DNA of 64,000 bases from Octopus bimaculoides (lineage: Eukaryota). The stretch is from positions 17,105,320 to 17,169,319 of the forward strand of contig NC_068997.1 in the NCBI RefSeq assembly GCF_001194135.2, in the 5' to 3' direction. The notes below the pieces were generated by a model that did not search any database, had not been told where the DNA came from, and was given only the letters and a program-made list of their open reading frames with translations. The position numbers were made by a program, and so were the translations under genes. Shown piece after piece: positions 40,145 through 52,380 of the stretch. Every line of letters starts with the position of its first letter. Position 1 is the stretch's first letter.

Positions 40145-40230
40145 TCAGATTTCGCCACAAGGGCAGCAATTTTGCGGGGAGGGGATGAGTCGATTACATC
40201 GACTTCAGTGTTCAAGTGGTACTGATATGT
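40145..40230 (-). mobile_element. SINE family B 3' fragment (type-2 tail)
   Basis: CACAAGGGCAGCAATTTTGCGGGGAGGGGATGAGTCGATTACATCGAC..CAGTG..CAAGTGGTACT. Confidence 0.7.
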
Positions 40231-40524
40231 GACGTCAGAGTTTTTGGTCTCTGCTCTGTTTCCACCTTTGTGAGTAGTGCATATGATGCCTTCTTTTACT
40301 ATTTTAGGAAGTTTACCAATATCAAGGAAACATTGCGAAAGTATCTCAAGTGGGTTTCGCTAAAGCCTGCTTACATGACTAAAGGAGAATAGCTGCGACG
40401 TTATCAGGTCCAGTTACAGTGCTTGATATCAATTCATCTATGGCCGTTGTTACATCTGTCTCCTCAGTAATAACATAATCGCAGGTTGGCTCCCCTCTTT
40501 TTAGGGCTGCAATATCAAAGAATT

Positions 40525-40556
<32 letters not shown>

Positions 40557-40566
40557 NNNNNNNNNN

Positions 40567-40692
40567 AAGAGACAGAGACTTCAAACTCGATATATCGATT
40601 TATTCACCACTCTATTTTAACATTTCTGTGCCAAAATGTTAACATAGAGTGGTGAATAAATCGATATATCGAGTTTGAAGTCTCTGTCTCTT
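40567..40692. repeat. Near-perfect inverted repeat (48-bp perfect arms, extendable to 59 bp with 1 mismatch, 8-nt loop)
   Basis: 40567-40614 is the exact reverse complement of 40645-40692; abuts a 10-N gap. Confidence 0.85.
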
Positions 40693-42109
40693 TTGAATGT
40701 GAAAATTTAAAAGTTGAAAACCTTATAATATAAATATAAACTGTGAGAACGACCCTTAAGGAATCTAGTTAATGATCCCCTAAGGTAAGTTCTTATGCTA
40801 TATTGGTAACGGTTGCTACTTCCTCTGGAAAATTATTATATATATATATATATATACAAATACATGCATATACAAGTGTGTGTGTATGCGCATTTTATGT
40901 GTTCATGTATTTCTGTTATCTAGTGGATCGAAATGCATCGTGTTTCATCAAAATTACCTGAGGAATAGAGCAAATAATTTAATAGAATTAGTCCTTGACT
41001 AAAATAACTGCTACTGTGAATATAGATGACTGAACAAAAAATAAATTTATGACGATGCTCCAGTAAGGTGGTAGTCCAATAACTGAGACCACCGTAGAAG
41101 CAGGAAATAATAAAGTAACATATAAAATATCCTAAGTGTGTGTGTGTGTTTTTATCTACGGTGAGATTCTACTCGAGATAGAAATGCTTCAAATCTTCAG
41201 AAATGCAAAAAAGAAAAAAAAAAAAATTTAAATTATGAACGAACATAGTAATAACAAAAATTCTAAAAGTCAAGTCAAAACAAAGAATTTCTGTATTTTT
41301 TTCTCTCTTTGATAATAATGATTCAGATTTTGATGTGTTTTTTTTTCTTTTTGCGAATGTTTTGTTTGTTCTTTCTTTTACTTCTATTATTTTATTTATT
41401 TATTTATTGAACACTATGAAGAACTTACACGAAATTTGTTGCTTCTTAAAATATTTTATGCATTTTTTTTCCCAAGTCGGAAACGTGATCTGAGAGCGAT
41501 TTACTAAAATTCTTACCTATTACCATATTCTTCAAGTATTTTGTCTGCAAAAATATCTTATTCTTAGAGAAAACTCGAGAACACAATGGATACCAATATA
41601 ATTAGAAAGATTATTCACCCCCTACTTATTATGTAATTTGCTAGAATCACCATGTGGGTTTATTCACCAATTTGAAAAAAAATGTAACATCGTTGTTTTT
41701 TATCTGTTTTTTTTTTTTATTTAATTTTTCTTTGTATTTGCACTATTCCATTCGTTCCTCTCACCTTTTTTGTTTCGTCAGTTTTATTTACCTTGTCATA
41801 ATTTCTACCTCAATCTATACATTTTTCTTTAAAAAAATATTCCTTGATGTAGACTTAAAATGGCCGAAAAAATACAGAATTCGATTACTACAACACGTGA
41901 CATGAATTCCAAATAAGCAGCTTCTACGTGCTTGACCCTTCTCCTACAAATAGCATTGAAATTTCCCTTCAACCTGCACAATATCGTCTTAAAATAACGA
42001 AAATTCCATTGAATATTGTAGTCCTAAATGCACAATTGCTGAACATAAGATTGAATAATTACGATTGGAAAGCCTTTATTCATCAGGCTAATTTCGGTTG
42101 CTCCGGAAG

Positions 42110-42162
<53 letters not shown>

Positions 42163-43503
42163 GTGTATATATATANNNNNNNNNNACATAAGATTGAATA
42201 ATTACGATTGGAAAGCCTTTATTCATCAGGCTAATTTCGGTTGCTCCGGAAGTATATATATATGTGTGTGTATGTATGTATGTATGTATGTATGTATGTA
42301 TGTAGGTAGGTACGCATGTATATATATATATAGTTTATATATGTTGTGTTGACGCCCCCAAGCGAAGAAGTAGGATCGCCCAAGACATGTAAATAGAGGT
42401 AGTCTAGCCGTGGTAGAGGGGTTGAGTAGCTCTTGAGTAGCTGTCGTGTTGAGGTTGAGTAGAGATCATCCGAAGGTGCTAGATAGCAGTAGCTTGAGAC
42501 ATAACAAAATATTTTTTAGCTTTAATGTACGCTAATGTTCAAAGTCGTCTTAGAAATTCTCAGTTTGTTGAGATTGTTGAAGTTTGTGCTCTCTGCGAAT
42601 GTCAAAATTAATATTACTATTATGTTTGTCTAAGGTGGAAATTTTCAGAGGAATGCAGAGGAGGAAGGATCATTTGGAAGATATGTTTAGTGTTGACGTC
42701 TGAAGGCTCAGACACTAGAGACAGTGACTTTATGTAAGGAAAAAAAATGAAGCTAATGTCTTCCCAAAACCAGATGACAAAATAGCAGAAAGAAAAATGG
42801 AGGCGGAATAAGGAAATTTTGATTCAGTGATTGATATCTGTATATTAGTTGTCTTTTTATATCTGCAGGCCTCAAGAAACACAATGGTATCCATTGAACA
42901 TCATTACCACTTTATTTCTACTGAACTCTCATATAGACAGGGTTATAGATATATTGATTTAAGTTTGAGGCTTAATTACATGAGCTCAGGCGTTGTTTGT
43001 TATTGTTTTAACTATATATATCACTATTTAGCTCCAGTTCAGCCTTGATAAAACCGTTCTATCTACGAGAATGAAAAAATGTATATAAACTTTTGACCAC
43101 TTATCTATTTTTTTTATAAGTGTCTAAGTTTTGAGTTGAGATAAATTTGGTTATACATACACGCATGGACGCACACGTACACAAACCTATTGATATACAT
43201 ATAGATGTGCATACACTAATACACATTGGCCCCATTACATACACACAGACACACACACTTGCAAACCGAAACAAAACGTTAGATTCTAAACTTCTAATTG
43301 GAAATGATATCACATTCACCTATGGACTCTCCCTCGTATCATCCGGTCTGACACTGCCTGTCTCTCTTCTCTGTCCCTTTCTCTCTCTATTTCTCTCTCT
43401 CCTTATCTCTCATTATATATATATATATATATACATACACACACGTATGAGTCTGGTGCGTCTGAGTGTAAATATACGTGTATATATGTCTATAAACTCA
43501 CCC

Positions 43504-43570
<67 letters not shown>

Positions 43571-44742
43571 TACGTACAATAAATTGTGAACTCGCCATCA
43601 GTGTTAATTTTTGATCTTATTGATTTAAGCAAAATCTGCTTATATAAATTAATTAAATTTAATTACATATGTTGGACGGCCGAAACAAATGTCTTTCTTT
43701 ATACAATCGTACAGTAAATAACGAAGCGAGGACCGAATGGTCTAGCTTCAATCGTGCTTAAAATCTAATATATATTTATATGAATAATAATTGCTCTTGT
43801 AATAATTGTTAAATGACTACGGAAATATTGAATTAATAACTCTTTTGAAAGAGCTTGCAAAGTTAGTTATACCAAACTTCTAGAATTGATACATCATAAG
43901 GTAGTTCGTTAAATTCATGTTTTCTATTATAGGTACAATGCCAGGAAACTTACGCGGGAATGCTAGTGCAGAAATGCGAGAAGGCTAGTGCTGATGCCAG
44001 TGCGTAAATGCCTTTCATTTTCTCGACACTGGAAGGATGAAGTACAGAATGAACCTAGGCGGAATTTAATTACTGAATTAAATTTTGAAATTGATTATTA
44101 AACTAATTATTAATGCGTTAGCAGTATTTGTCTTAAGTACTTGAAGTTACCCGATATCACTCTGTAGAAAGAATGGAGTAGATACTCACAATGAGTGGCA
44201 AAGACCAACGCGACACTAGAGGCAATGCCCGTGGGTTATTCTGTAGAGAAAGCCTTATAGTACCACCCTACGATGTATACACAGAGTGACGTGGAGTGTA
44301 TATTCGTTTGTTGTACGCATGTAAATGTATTCGCAATTAAAGTATGAATGTATGTGTGCATGACTCTATGACTCGATGTAAGTGTGTGTGTGTGTGTGTG
44401 TAAATATATGTACGTGAAACTTTATGCATATTGCGTATAATTGAATTTATTACACCAAGGAAAGCTTTCCGCACCGTCAGTAGACGTACTGTTCACTGTT
44501 TCCTGTATTTCGGAATGTGGAAAATTTCGTTTAAGCATGTGAAAAGCAGCATAACTCATTACAAGGTATCAAGAAAGCTGAAATGCATCTGGCATTCTTG
44601 TGAGTCACTGGTCAGATGATGTTCACGTCGGTCCGATATATAAAATATTTTAAAAAAGAACTTGTCTATGAAACAATTGATTCTTGACAAAATTAACAGG
44701 ATTGCACGTTTTAAATGATACACACACACACGCACACACACG

Positions 44743-44793
<51 letters not shown>

Positions 44794-44902
44794 ATGTGTG
44801 TGTGAGTGTGCGTGCGTGAATGTTGAGTATGTTAAACGAATGTATATTTTAATAGTGACAATCGCGTCCAGCAAATATGTTATCTGTGTGTATGAGTGTG
44901 TT

Positions 44903-44939
<37 letters not shown>

Positions 44940-45006
44940 GTGTGTATATGTGTGTGTGCGTGTGTATATGTGTGTGTTCGTGTGTATGTGTGTGTTGTGT
45001 ACGTTT

Positions 45007-45237
45007 TATTTGTTTACTACCCACAAGGGGCTACAGACGGAGAGGACAAACAAGGACAGACAAACGGATTAAGTCGATTATATCGACCCCAGTGCGTAAC
45101 TGGTACTTATTTAAGCGATCCCGAAAGGATGAAAGGCAAAGTCGACCTCGGCGGAATTTGAACTCAGAACGTAGCGGCAGACGAAATACCGCTAAGCATT
45201 TCCCCCAGCGTGCTAACGTTTCTACCAGCTCACCACC
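45007..45237 (-). mobile_element. SINE family B, full length, type-1 (Tx1-like) tail
   Basis: tRNA-like head (GGTGAGCTGGTAGAAACG...GAGTTCAAATTCC), body GTCGACTTTGCCTTTCATCCTTTCGG...TAAGTACCAGTT, tail GTAGCCCCTTGTGGGTAGTAAACAAAT. Confidence 0.9.
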
Positions 45238-46033
45238 TGTGTGTTGTGTACGCGTGTGTGTGTGCTGTGTGCGTGCGTGTGAGTGTGGGCGTAGGTGTGC
45301 ATGTACTTTCATATTGGGAATTGCGCAAACATGCAGGCCGCAAGGAATGAAGCATCCTTNNNNNNNNNNNNNNNNNNNNNNNNNNNNNNNNNNNNNNNNN
45401 NNNNNNNNNNNNNNNNNNNNNNNNNNNNNNNNNNNNNNNNNNNNNNNNNNNNNNNNNNNNNNNNNNNNNNNNNNNNNNNNNNNNNNNNNNNNNNNNNNNN
45501 NNNNNNNNNNNNNNNNNNNNNNNNNNNNNNNNNNNNNNNNNNNNNNNNNNNNNNNNNNNNNNNNNNNNNNNNNNNNNNNNNNNNNNNNNNNNNNNNNNNN
45601 NNNNNNNNNNNNNNNNNNNNNNNNNNNNNNNNNNNNNNNNNNNNNNNNNNNNNNNNNNNNNNNNNNNNNNNNNNNNNNNNNNNNNNNNNNNNNNNNNNNN
45701 NNNNNNNNNNNNNNNNNNNNNNNNNNNNNNNNNNNNNNNNNNNNNNNNNNNNNNNNNNNNNNNNNNNNNNNNNNNNNNNNNNNNNNNNNNNNNNNNNNNN
45801 NNNNNNNNNNNNNNNNNNNNNNNNNNNNNNNNNNNNNNNNNNNNNNNNNNNNNNNNNNNNNNNNNNNNNNNNNNNNNNNNNNNNNNNNNNNNNNNNNNNN
45901 NNNNNNNNNNNNNNNNNNNNNNNNNNNNNNNNNNNNNNNNNNNNNNNNNNNNNNNNNNNNNNNNNNNNNNNNNNNNNNNNNNNNNNNNNNNNNNNNNNNN
46001 NNNNNNNNNNNNNNNNNNNNNNNNNNNNNNNNN

Positions 46034-46097
<64 letters not shown>

Positions 46098-46722
46098 CGT
46101 GTGTGTATGTGTGTCAGCATGAATGTATGTATATCAAGCGGGAATAAAGTGAAATGTATGAAGAGAGAGGCAGAAAGATGTACAAGGAGAAGAAAAACAG
46201 ATATTTGGTAGCTGGGAAAACTTGGGATAAAGTGGAGTTGAAAGCTTTGTTAAAAAGTCTATTAACAAGAATTCACCTTCTTCAAAGTAATCCTGCATTG
46301 TGTGGGAACGAACGTAAGTGAAGGATATCGATCATGTAGTTACCCTATGGGGGCTACAATACTTTACTGCCTGATTATAGATTTGGCTACGCTTTAAATA
46401 CGAGACACTTAGTAATACTGAATAATTGGTGGGATCAAAAGCACCATCATCTTTAGAAGTGGTTCAGGAAATTTTCTTATTTTGCTTCTCATCGGAACGT
46501 TTATCCAAATAATTGTTTAATGATTCGGGAAATTAATTTACTTGCATAGATAGGTATTCCTCAAGAAAATGATTGAAAGAAAGGAGCGGATTGAGATTTC
46601 ACTTAAATTCTGTTACTCTATCGCTCAATCCCAATCGCAATTTCGCTCTGGCCTCTGATTCTTTCGATTCTCTGTTTTTCTTTCCATTCCCCATTTCTCC
46701 CCATTTTCTACAGGCACGCATA

Positions 46723-46774
<52 letters not shown>

Positions 46775-47368
46775 NNNNNNNNNNNNNNNNNNNNNNNNNN
46801 NNNNNNNNNNNNNNNNNNNNNNNNNNNNNNNNNNNNNNNNNNNNNNNNNNNNNNNNNNNNNNNNNNNNNNNNNNNNNNNNNNNNNNNNNNNNNNNNNNNN
46901 NNNNNNNNNNNNNNNNNNNNNNNNNNNNNNNNNNNNNNNNNNNNNNNNNNNNNNNNNNNNNNNNNNNNNNNNNNNNNNNNNNNNNNNNNNNNNNNNTATA
47001 TATATATTTATATATATATATATATATCTATATATATATATATATACACACATGTATATTTATGTATAGTTATACATATACACTTACATAAATGTAAGTA
47101 TATATATGCATGTATATATATGCTTGTATGTGCATATACATGTATGTATGTCTGTCTACTACATTCCTACACACACATATACATATGTATATATGCGCAG
47201 TTACTTCAATATATATAAGTAGAACTAAATGGACATATACATTAATAAATTCACACATACACACATATGCGCTCATGTTGGTATATTCATACATGCAAGC
47301 ATACATACTTACAGACGTACGTACATCATACATGTATGTATATATATATACAAATATATATATATGTG

Positions 47369-47431
<63 letters not shown>

Positions 47432-48194
47432 TTACGTGTACATCGTATATGGTACAGGTACATAAACCAAAGAGAAATGTAAGTGCATCGAGGCATTCTT
47501 TCATACTTACGGATATAACTGTAATTATATAATTTCAATTGTTTCTACTTACTTTCTTTGTTCCATTTTCTTTATTCATTTACATTTGTATTTATTCAAT
47601 TATTCATCTGTATATTTATATATTTGATTTGCTTCAACTCAGCTTCCATTTACCGTAGAGGAAGGATATGCAAGGCATCTATATATTAGTATATTTGTAT
47701 ATGTATACATGTATGTATATATATGTATATATGACGTTATATGATTTCTGTTTGTGGGTGTGAGTTACAAATGAATGTATGGAATATTGTCTATATGTCC
47801 ACAATTGTAACTATATCTGTGTATACATGTATTGAGCTGTATGTCACACATACGTAGTTGTACTACAAACACAAATACACTGTTATGTTACATGTACATC
47901 TCTATACTTACGTATATTACACACACGCATAAATACATAAATACACATATATATTCCACTCATTAAATTGCTCGAGATATCGGTAGCATTTAAATGCCTC
48001 TGGGTCATCTTCCTTCACAACGTAGTTATATTCCAGTTGATAACACATTATATATATATGCATATTCACACATTCAACTACCCCCTCTCTCTCTCGTTCT
48101 CTCTCTCTCTCATTCTCTCTCTCTTTCTCTCTCTCTATCTTTGTCTCTCTTACTATATATATGTATTACACCTATCAATTTATGCATCTACTTG

Positions 48195-48358
48195 TCTCTA
48201 CTACAGGCACAAGACCAGCCTTTCTGAGAGAATTCAACTTGATGCCATCAACCCCAGTACTTTACTGTAATCTCATTTTAACGACCATGGATGGATGGAA
48301 ATCTAGATTAACTTCAGTGATATTTGAACTCAGAACATGAAGAGTCATAACAGATGCC
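48195..48358 (-). mobile_element. SINE family B, decayed (type-2 tail)
   Basis: GGCACAAGACCAGC...ACCCCAGT...ATTTGAACTCAGAAC. Confidence 0.6.
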
Positions 48359-48753
48359 TATTGTTATTTTGTGGTATCCTCTTACGATTCATACAATTTA
48401 AACTTATCGTATAATGTCATGTTATATTTTCTCTTGCTATGCTTCATAGTGTTCTCGCTAAAGTAACATGCTATATCACACGTTGCAAGACTTCTCCTGA
48501 AGACTGCAATGGGATAAATATCCAATGAAATGATACTGTGAATGTTACGTTAATCATTTCGTTTGTAAGCAAAAATGGCGTTCATTTTCAGCTTCGACCG
48601 AAAGCGTTTGTAAGGGCGCAAGAGAAAAGAAAATGGACATTTACCTGTACGTTGGATCAGCAAATACATAGCAATCAACAAGAATATTTGCATTGGTAAA
48701 ATATTTCTTAGGTAACATATTTGAAAGGAAATGAATACAATGCCCGATCAGGT

Positions 48754-48918
48754 TGTCATGTGACAACTTGCTGGGGCTACTTGCTGGAGCCTAGCAGCGG
48801 GAAGTTTAGACAGTGTCATGTGACAACTTGCTGGTGCTGCCTACTGGACCCTAGCAGCGGGAAATTTAGACAGTGTCACGTGACAACTAGCTGGGGCTGC
48901 CTGCTGTAGCCTAGCAGC
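48754..48918 (+). repeat. 60-bp tandem repeat, 2.75 copies
   Basis: Units start at 48754, 48814 and 48874; each begins TGTCA(T/C)GTGACA, which contains the E-box CATGTG/CACGTG. Confidence 0.95.
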
Positions 48919-48921
48919 AGA

Positions 48922-48954
48922 TATAAAAAGGGGAACTTGACATGACGATCAGTC
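48922..48954 (+). promoter_or_regulatory. Candidate Pol II core promoter (TATA + Inr)
   Basis: TATAAAAAG at 48922-48930 and TCAGTC at 48949-48954. The Inr A (48951) lies 29 bp after the first T of TATA, which is canonical spacing. Confidence 0.6.
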
Positions 48955-49022
48955 GGACGCTGACACTCGTTGATGCTGCATCGAAGAGGCCAGGGAATAG
49001 AAGAAAGAAGACATACACCCAA

Positions 49023-49116
49023 CACCAGAGCTGAAGACACCTCCGAAAGGAGGGGCCCCGCCACGTCAAAACGGTAGAGGAGTAGGGGCCGAAACCGGAC
49101 GTGGTTCCTCCTGATG
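49023..49116 (+). ncRNA. Hammerhead-like motif 1 (type I, extra helix)
   Basis: CTGAAGA 49031-37; CCTCC-GAAA-GGAGG hairpin 49040-53; stem II GGCCCC/GGGGCC 49054-59/49085-90; GAAA 49091-94; stem III ACC/GGT; stem I CACCAGAG/CTCCTGATG. One surplus T (GGTTC). Confidence 0.5.
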
Positions 49117-49185
49117 ATGTCTTGAGCTAACTGGATCCTATAAAGGAGCTGTTGTGGTAGCAGACCACGAAACATGGTTGAAATT
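49105..49185 (+). ncRNA. Hammerhead-like motif 2 (extra helix, weak stem I)
   Basis: CTGATGA 49111-17; 36-nt insert containing TCCT-ATAA-AGGA; stem II GTGGT-AGCAG-ACCAC 49154-68; GAAA 49169-72; C-ATG-GTT. Confidence 0.4.
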
Positions 49186-50156
49186 CCTCAGGTGGAAGGA
49201 TTCTGAGGACTACATGCGGAAACCCTGCAAAGCCATTGATCCCCTGACCACTAAGTCATTTATCCTTCCTTCTTAGTTTACTCAGAGTAGACCCGTTGAG
49301 TACTCAAAGCAAACCCGTTCACTCGGGCCATCTTTGCTACATTCACCTATATTTTAAGAAATCAGTTGAAAGACAGCAATTCCTTCGCCACCCAAACTTT
49401 CCTTTCCAGGTCAAATTCGAAAAGGTTGATGAGGTTTTGACCAAAGCTGAAGGTATCTGACTTCACCCAATTCTATCTAGTCTATCACACAACCTGTCCT
49501 TTCCGCCCTCGCAAAAGCGGAAGAGTATATACCCCAGCCTGATAAAAGATGAAATACTGAAAGGCACGACGGGCAGGCGGTAGTATATGACAGAATCGAT
49601 GTATTCGTTCGCCAACTCTAGCTGGCCTCTCAGCTCATTTCTAGGTGAGATTGGCTATCTTGCTCGTTCACCTCGTTGCTGTTCTTCTCCACCTTGATGT
49701 CCGCACCAACTCAGACCCCAAGGAGTTAGGGGTTGTGTTAAAGATGGGGCTATGATCTTTATAGTACTGGTATAGCTGCTGTTGGTCAAAATATATATTG
49801 TTGAAACTCTGTGTACAATTTATTCAAAATAAAATCGCTATATCCATGCATAGATACCTAAATAGACTGGCAGATACATATACACATATACATATGTCTA
49901 TATTTATAAGCACAGACACTCGGACAAAACCATTTATTCCAAAGACATGAATTGTCGTTGCTATTTCAAATTTTCCGACGTTGCTTTAGTTTGCAAATCC
50001 TACGTTTGTAATTCTAAACCCACTGCTTACATATATATCAATCAATCAATCTGTCTGTCTGTCTGTCTGTTTATTGATCGAGCGATCTCTTTACTTATCT
50101 ATATCTCCATACATATCTCCATAAATTCATACACATACTCACACACTTATATGAGC

Positions 50157-50245
<89 letters not shown>

Positions 50246-50601
50246 TATATATATATACATATATATATATGCATATATATGAACATATATACATATATAT
50301 GCATGTATATATGTATGTATATATAAATACATATATATGTATATATATACATATACCTATACATGCACATATATATATATATACGCATATCAATGAGTGT
50401 GTGTGTGTGTATGTGTGTATACCCGACGGGGTTTTGCGCCATTCCATTTACCCAATTCGGTAACAAGGCATTACTCGATTCAGGTTTATGATAGATGATT
50501 GGGACTGGACACTTGATCGTGAAACAATCTTCATGATCACACAGCCGCGCCTTCGTCTATACACACTGGCACACACGTGTACGCACCCAATCACACATAG
50601 A

Positions 50602-50705
<104 letters not shown>

Positions 50706-52288
50706 ATATGTATATAGATAGACATAGATATATGTATGTATATACAAAAATGTAAATGTAAGGCATATTTATAATCATGCGTATCATACCCTTATAGGTA
50801 CCTAAATTTAACTTAGAATACACTATTTTATCAATTTTATAGAGTCGTATCAAGCACAGACATTATTCCATACACGATGACGTTTAATGTAATAACCTGC
50901 ATACCTAGCAAGGTTTGCTTCACCTCCTCCAGTCAAAATTTCATTGAATTCCGCTAGTGCAGCATTTGAAACGGATTAACACTCCCCATTTATTAGATTA
51001 ATCGAAATTAATATTATTTTATTGTCCACCATTCACATCCTCGCAATTCATCTTCTTAAATATTTGCATTGATTTCTTTCTTTCCTTTTTTTCTTTCATT
51101 TTTCATCTCCTTCAAATTTCTATCAGATTTCCTCGAATTCATGGATTACGGCTATATCCTTTGAATAACAATTGTATAAATCCTCTCAACGGTATTATAT
51201 CCTATTACAATCGATTTTTATCAAAGCTCTCGATGGCGTTTGTCATCTGTTAGATTCATATCTTTAAAACGGGTTTAATGTTGTTAAATTCTGTTAATAA
51301 TTGTTTCTCTAAACTGTTTCGATGTTATTCTAATCTGTTAATGTCCTATTTCTTCCGTTTTCACTCTTTATTTATTTATTTCTATTGGAAAATCTCTCCC
51401 TGTGGTGTATGGTATCAGTTTGATATCACAAAACAAATTATTTCTATTTGATTTGGGATATCTTTATTCGAAACATGATCAAAAGCTTAAATTAGTGTTG
51501 AGTATGATTCTTCATATACACACGTGTACACATATATACGCACACACATATACACACGTACCTTCATTCATACAAAAATACATACAAACATACCATACGC
51601 ACGTACGTTACATAGACGCAAACACATGTGTGCATGCCTCTAGAAAACACTAAAATAGTATGCATGAATGCATATATATATATACGCGCACATATAATTT
51701 CTACAGATGTATAAACATACACACATTTATATGTATTACTTTTCTTCCGTTACGTTAAAAAAATATTGCATTTATATTTTTTCAAAATGAACGATAAGGC
51801 AGATCAAAGAAAGGACATGAAATAGAATTATATATTTATATGCAATACGTATGCATCATTAGATATTTGTTTGTATATATATGAATGTGTGCAGCCAGCG
51901 TAGACTGGCATTATGGCAGACATATCTCGGAGAGACAAGTTCGATTGCTGTTTGAGATGATGGACATAAACAACAATGCGCAAAATGCTGGCCAATATGA
52001 GATTGGTTCTTATTAGAATCATGTTTATTATTGTTTCCCGCAGACACAAGAATGCCAACGGTATTCTTCCCATTTCATGTATGTACGTAAGTCTGTGTGT
52101 ATCTATGGAATATTCCTTGTCAGCGAAAGAGTTAAAATACTATATCATAGAGCTTATATTTAGTTTTATTCGACGCATGCAAGTTTTACAAGATAACAAA
52201 CATTAACAGAAGAGATAAAAGAGAAGATATCACACATTTTAATTTGCACTTTTAGTTTATTTCCCACAAAAAGAAAAAAAAAATATCG

Positions 52289-52380
52289 TTTCTAACATAG
52301 ACACAAGGCCATAATTTTGCAAATCGATTAAATCGACTCACGTATTTGACTGGTTCAGACATTCTCCGATAGACTGAAAG
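52289..52380 (-). mobile_element. SINE family B 3' fragment (type-2 tail)
   Basis: TTTCTAACATAGACACAAGGCCATAATTTTG..TCGATTAAATCGAC. Confidence 0.6.

Larger units (their letters stand above)
48754..49592 (+). mobile_element. LTR-like unit (TGTCAT...ATGACA) with promoter and hammerhead-like motifs
   Basis: 6-bp terminal inverted ends in TG..CA form, U3-like tandem repeats, TATA and Inr, GC-richer than flanks. No TSD, PBS or PPT recognised. Confidence 0.55.

Noticed and set aside
40308-40349. 42-nt AG/GT-bounded candidate exon
   Set aside because: No recognisable peptide or partner exons; such sites are common by chance.
42052-42262. Exact ~70-bp duplication flanking a 10-N gap, with different microsatellites after each copy
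   Set aside because: Most likely two haplotypes or overlapping contigs placed in tandem.
48754-48918. Tandem repeats as a possible CRISPR-like array
   Set aside because: Contiguous units with no unique spacers, in eukaryotic DNA.
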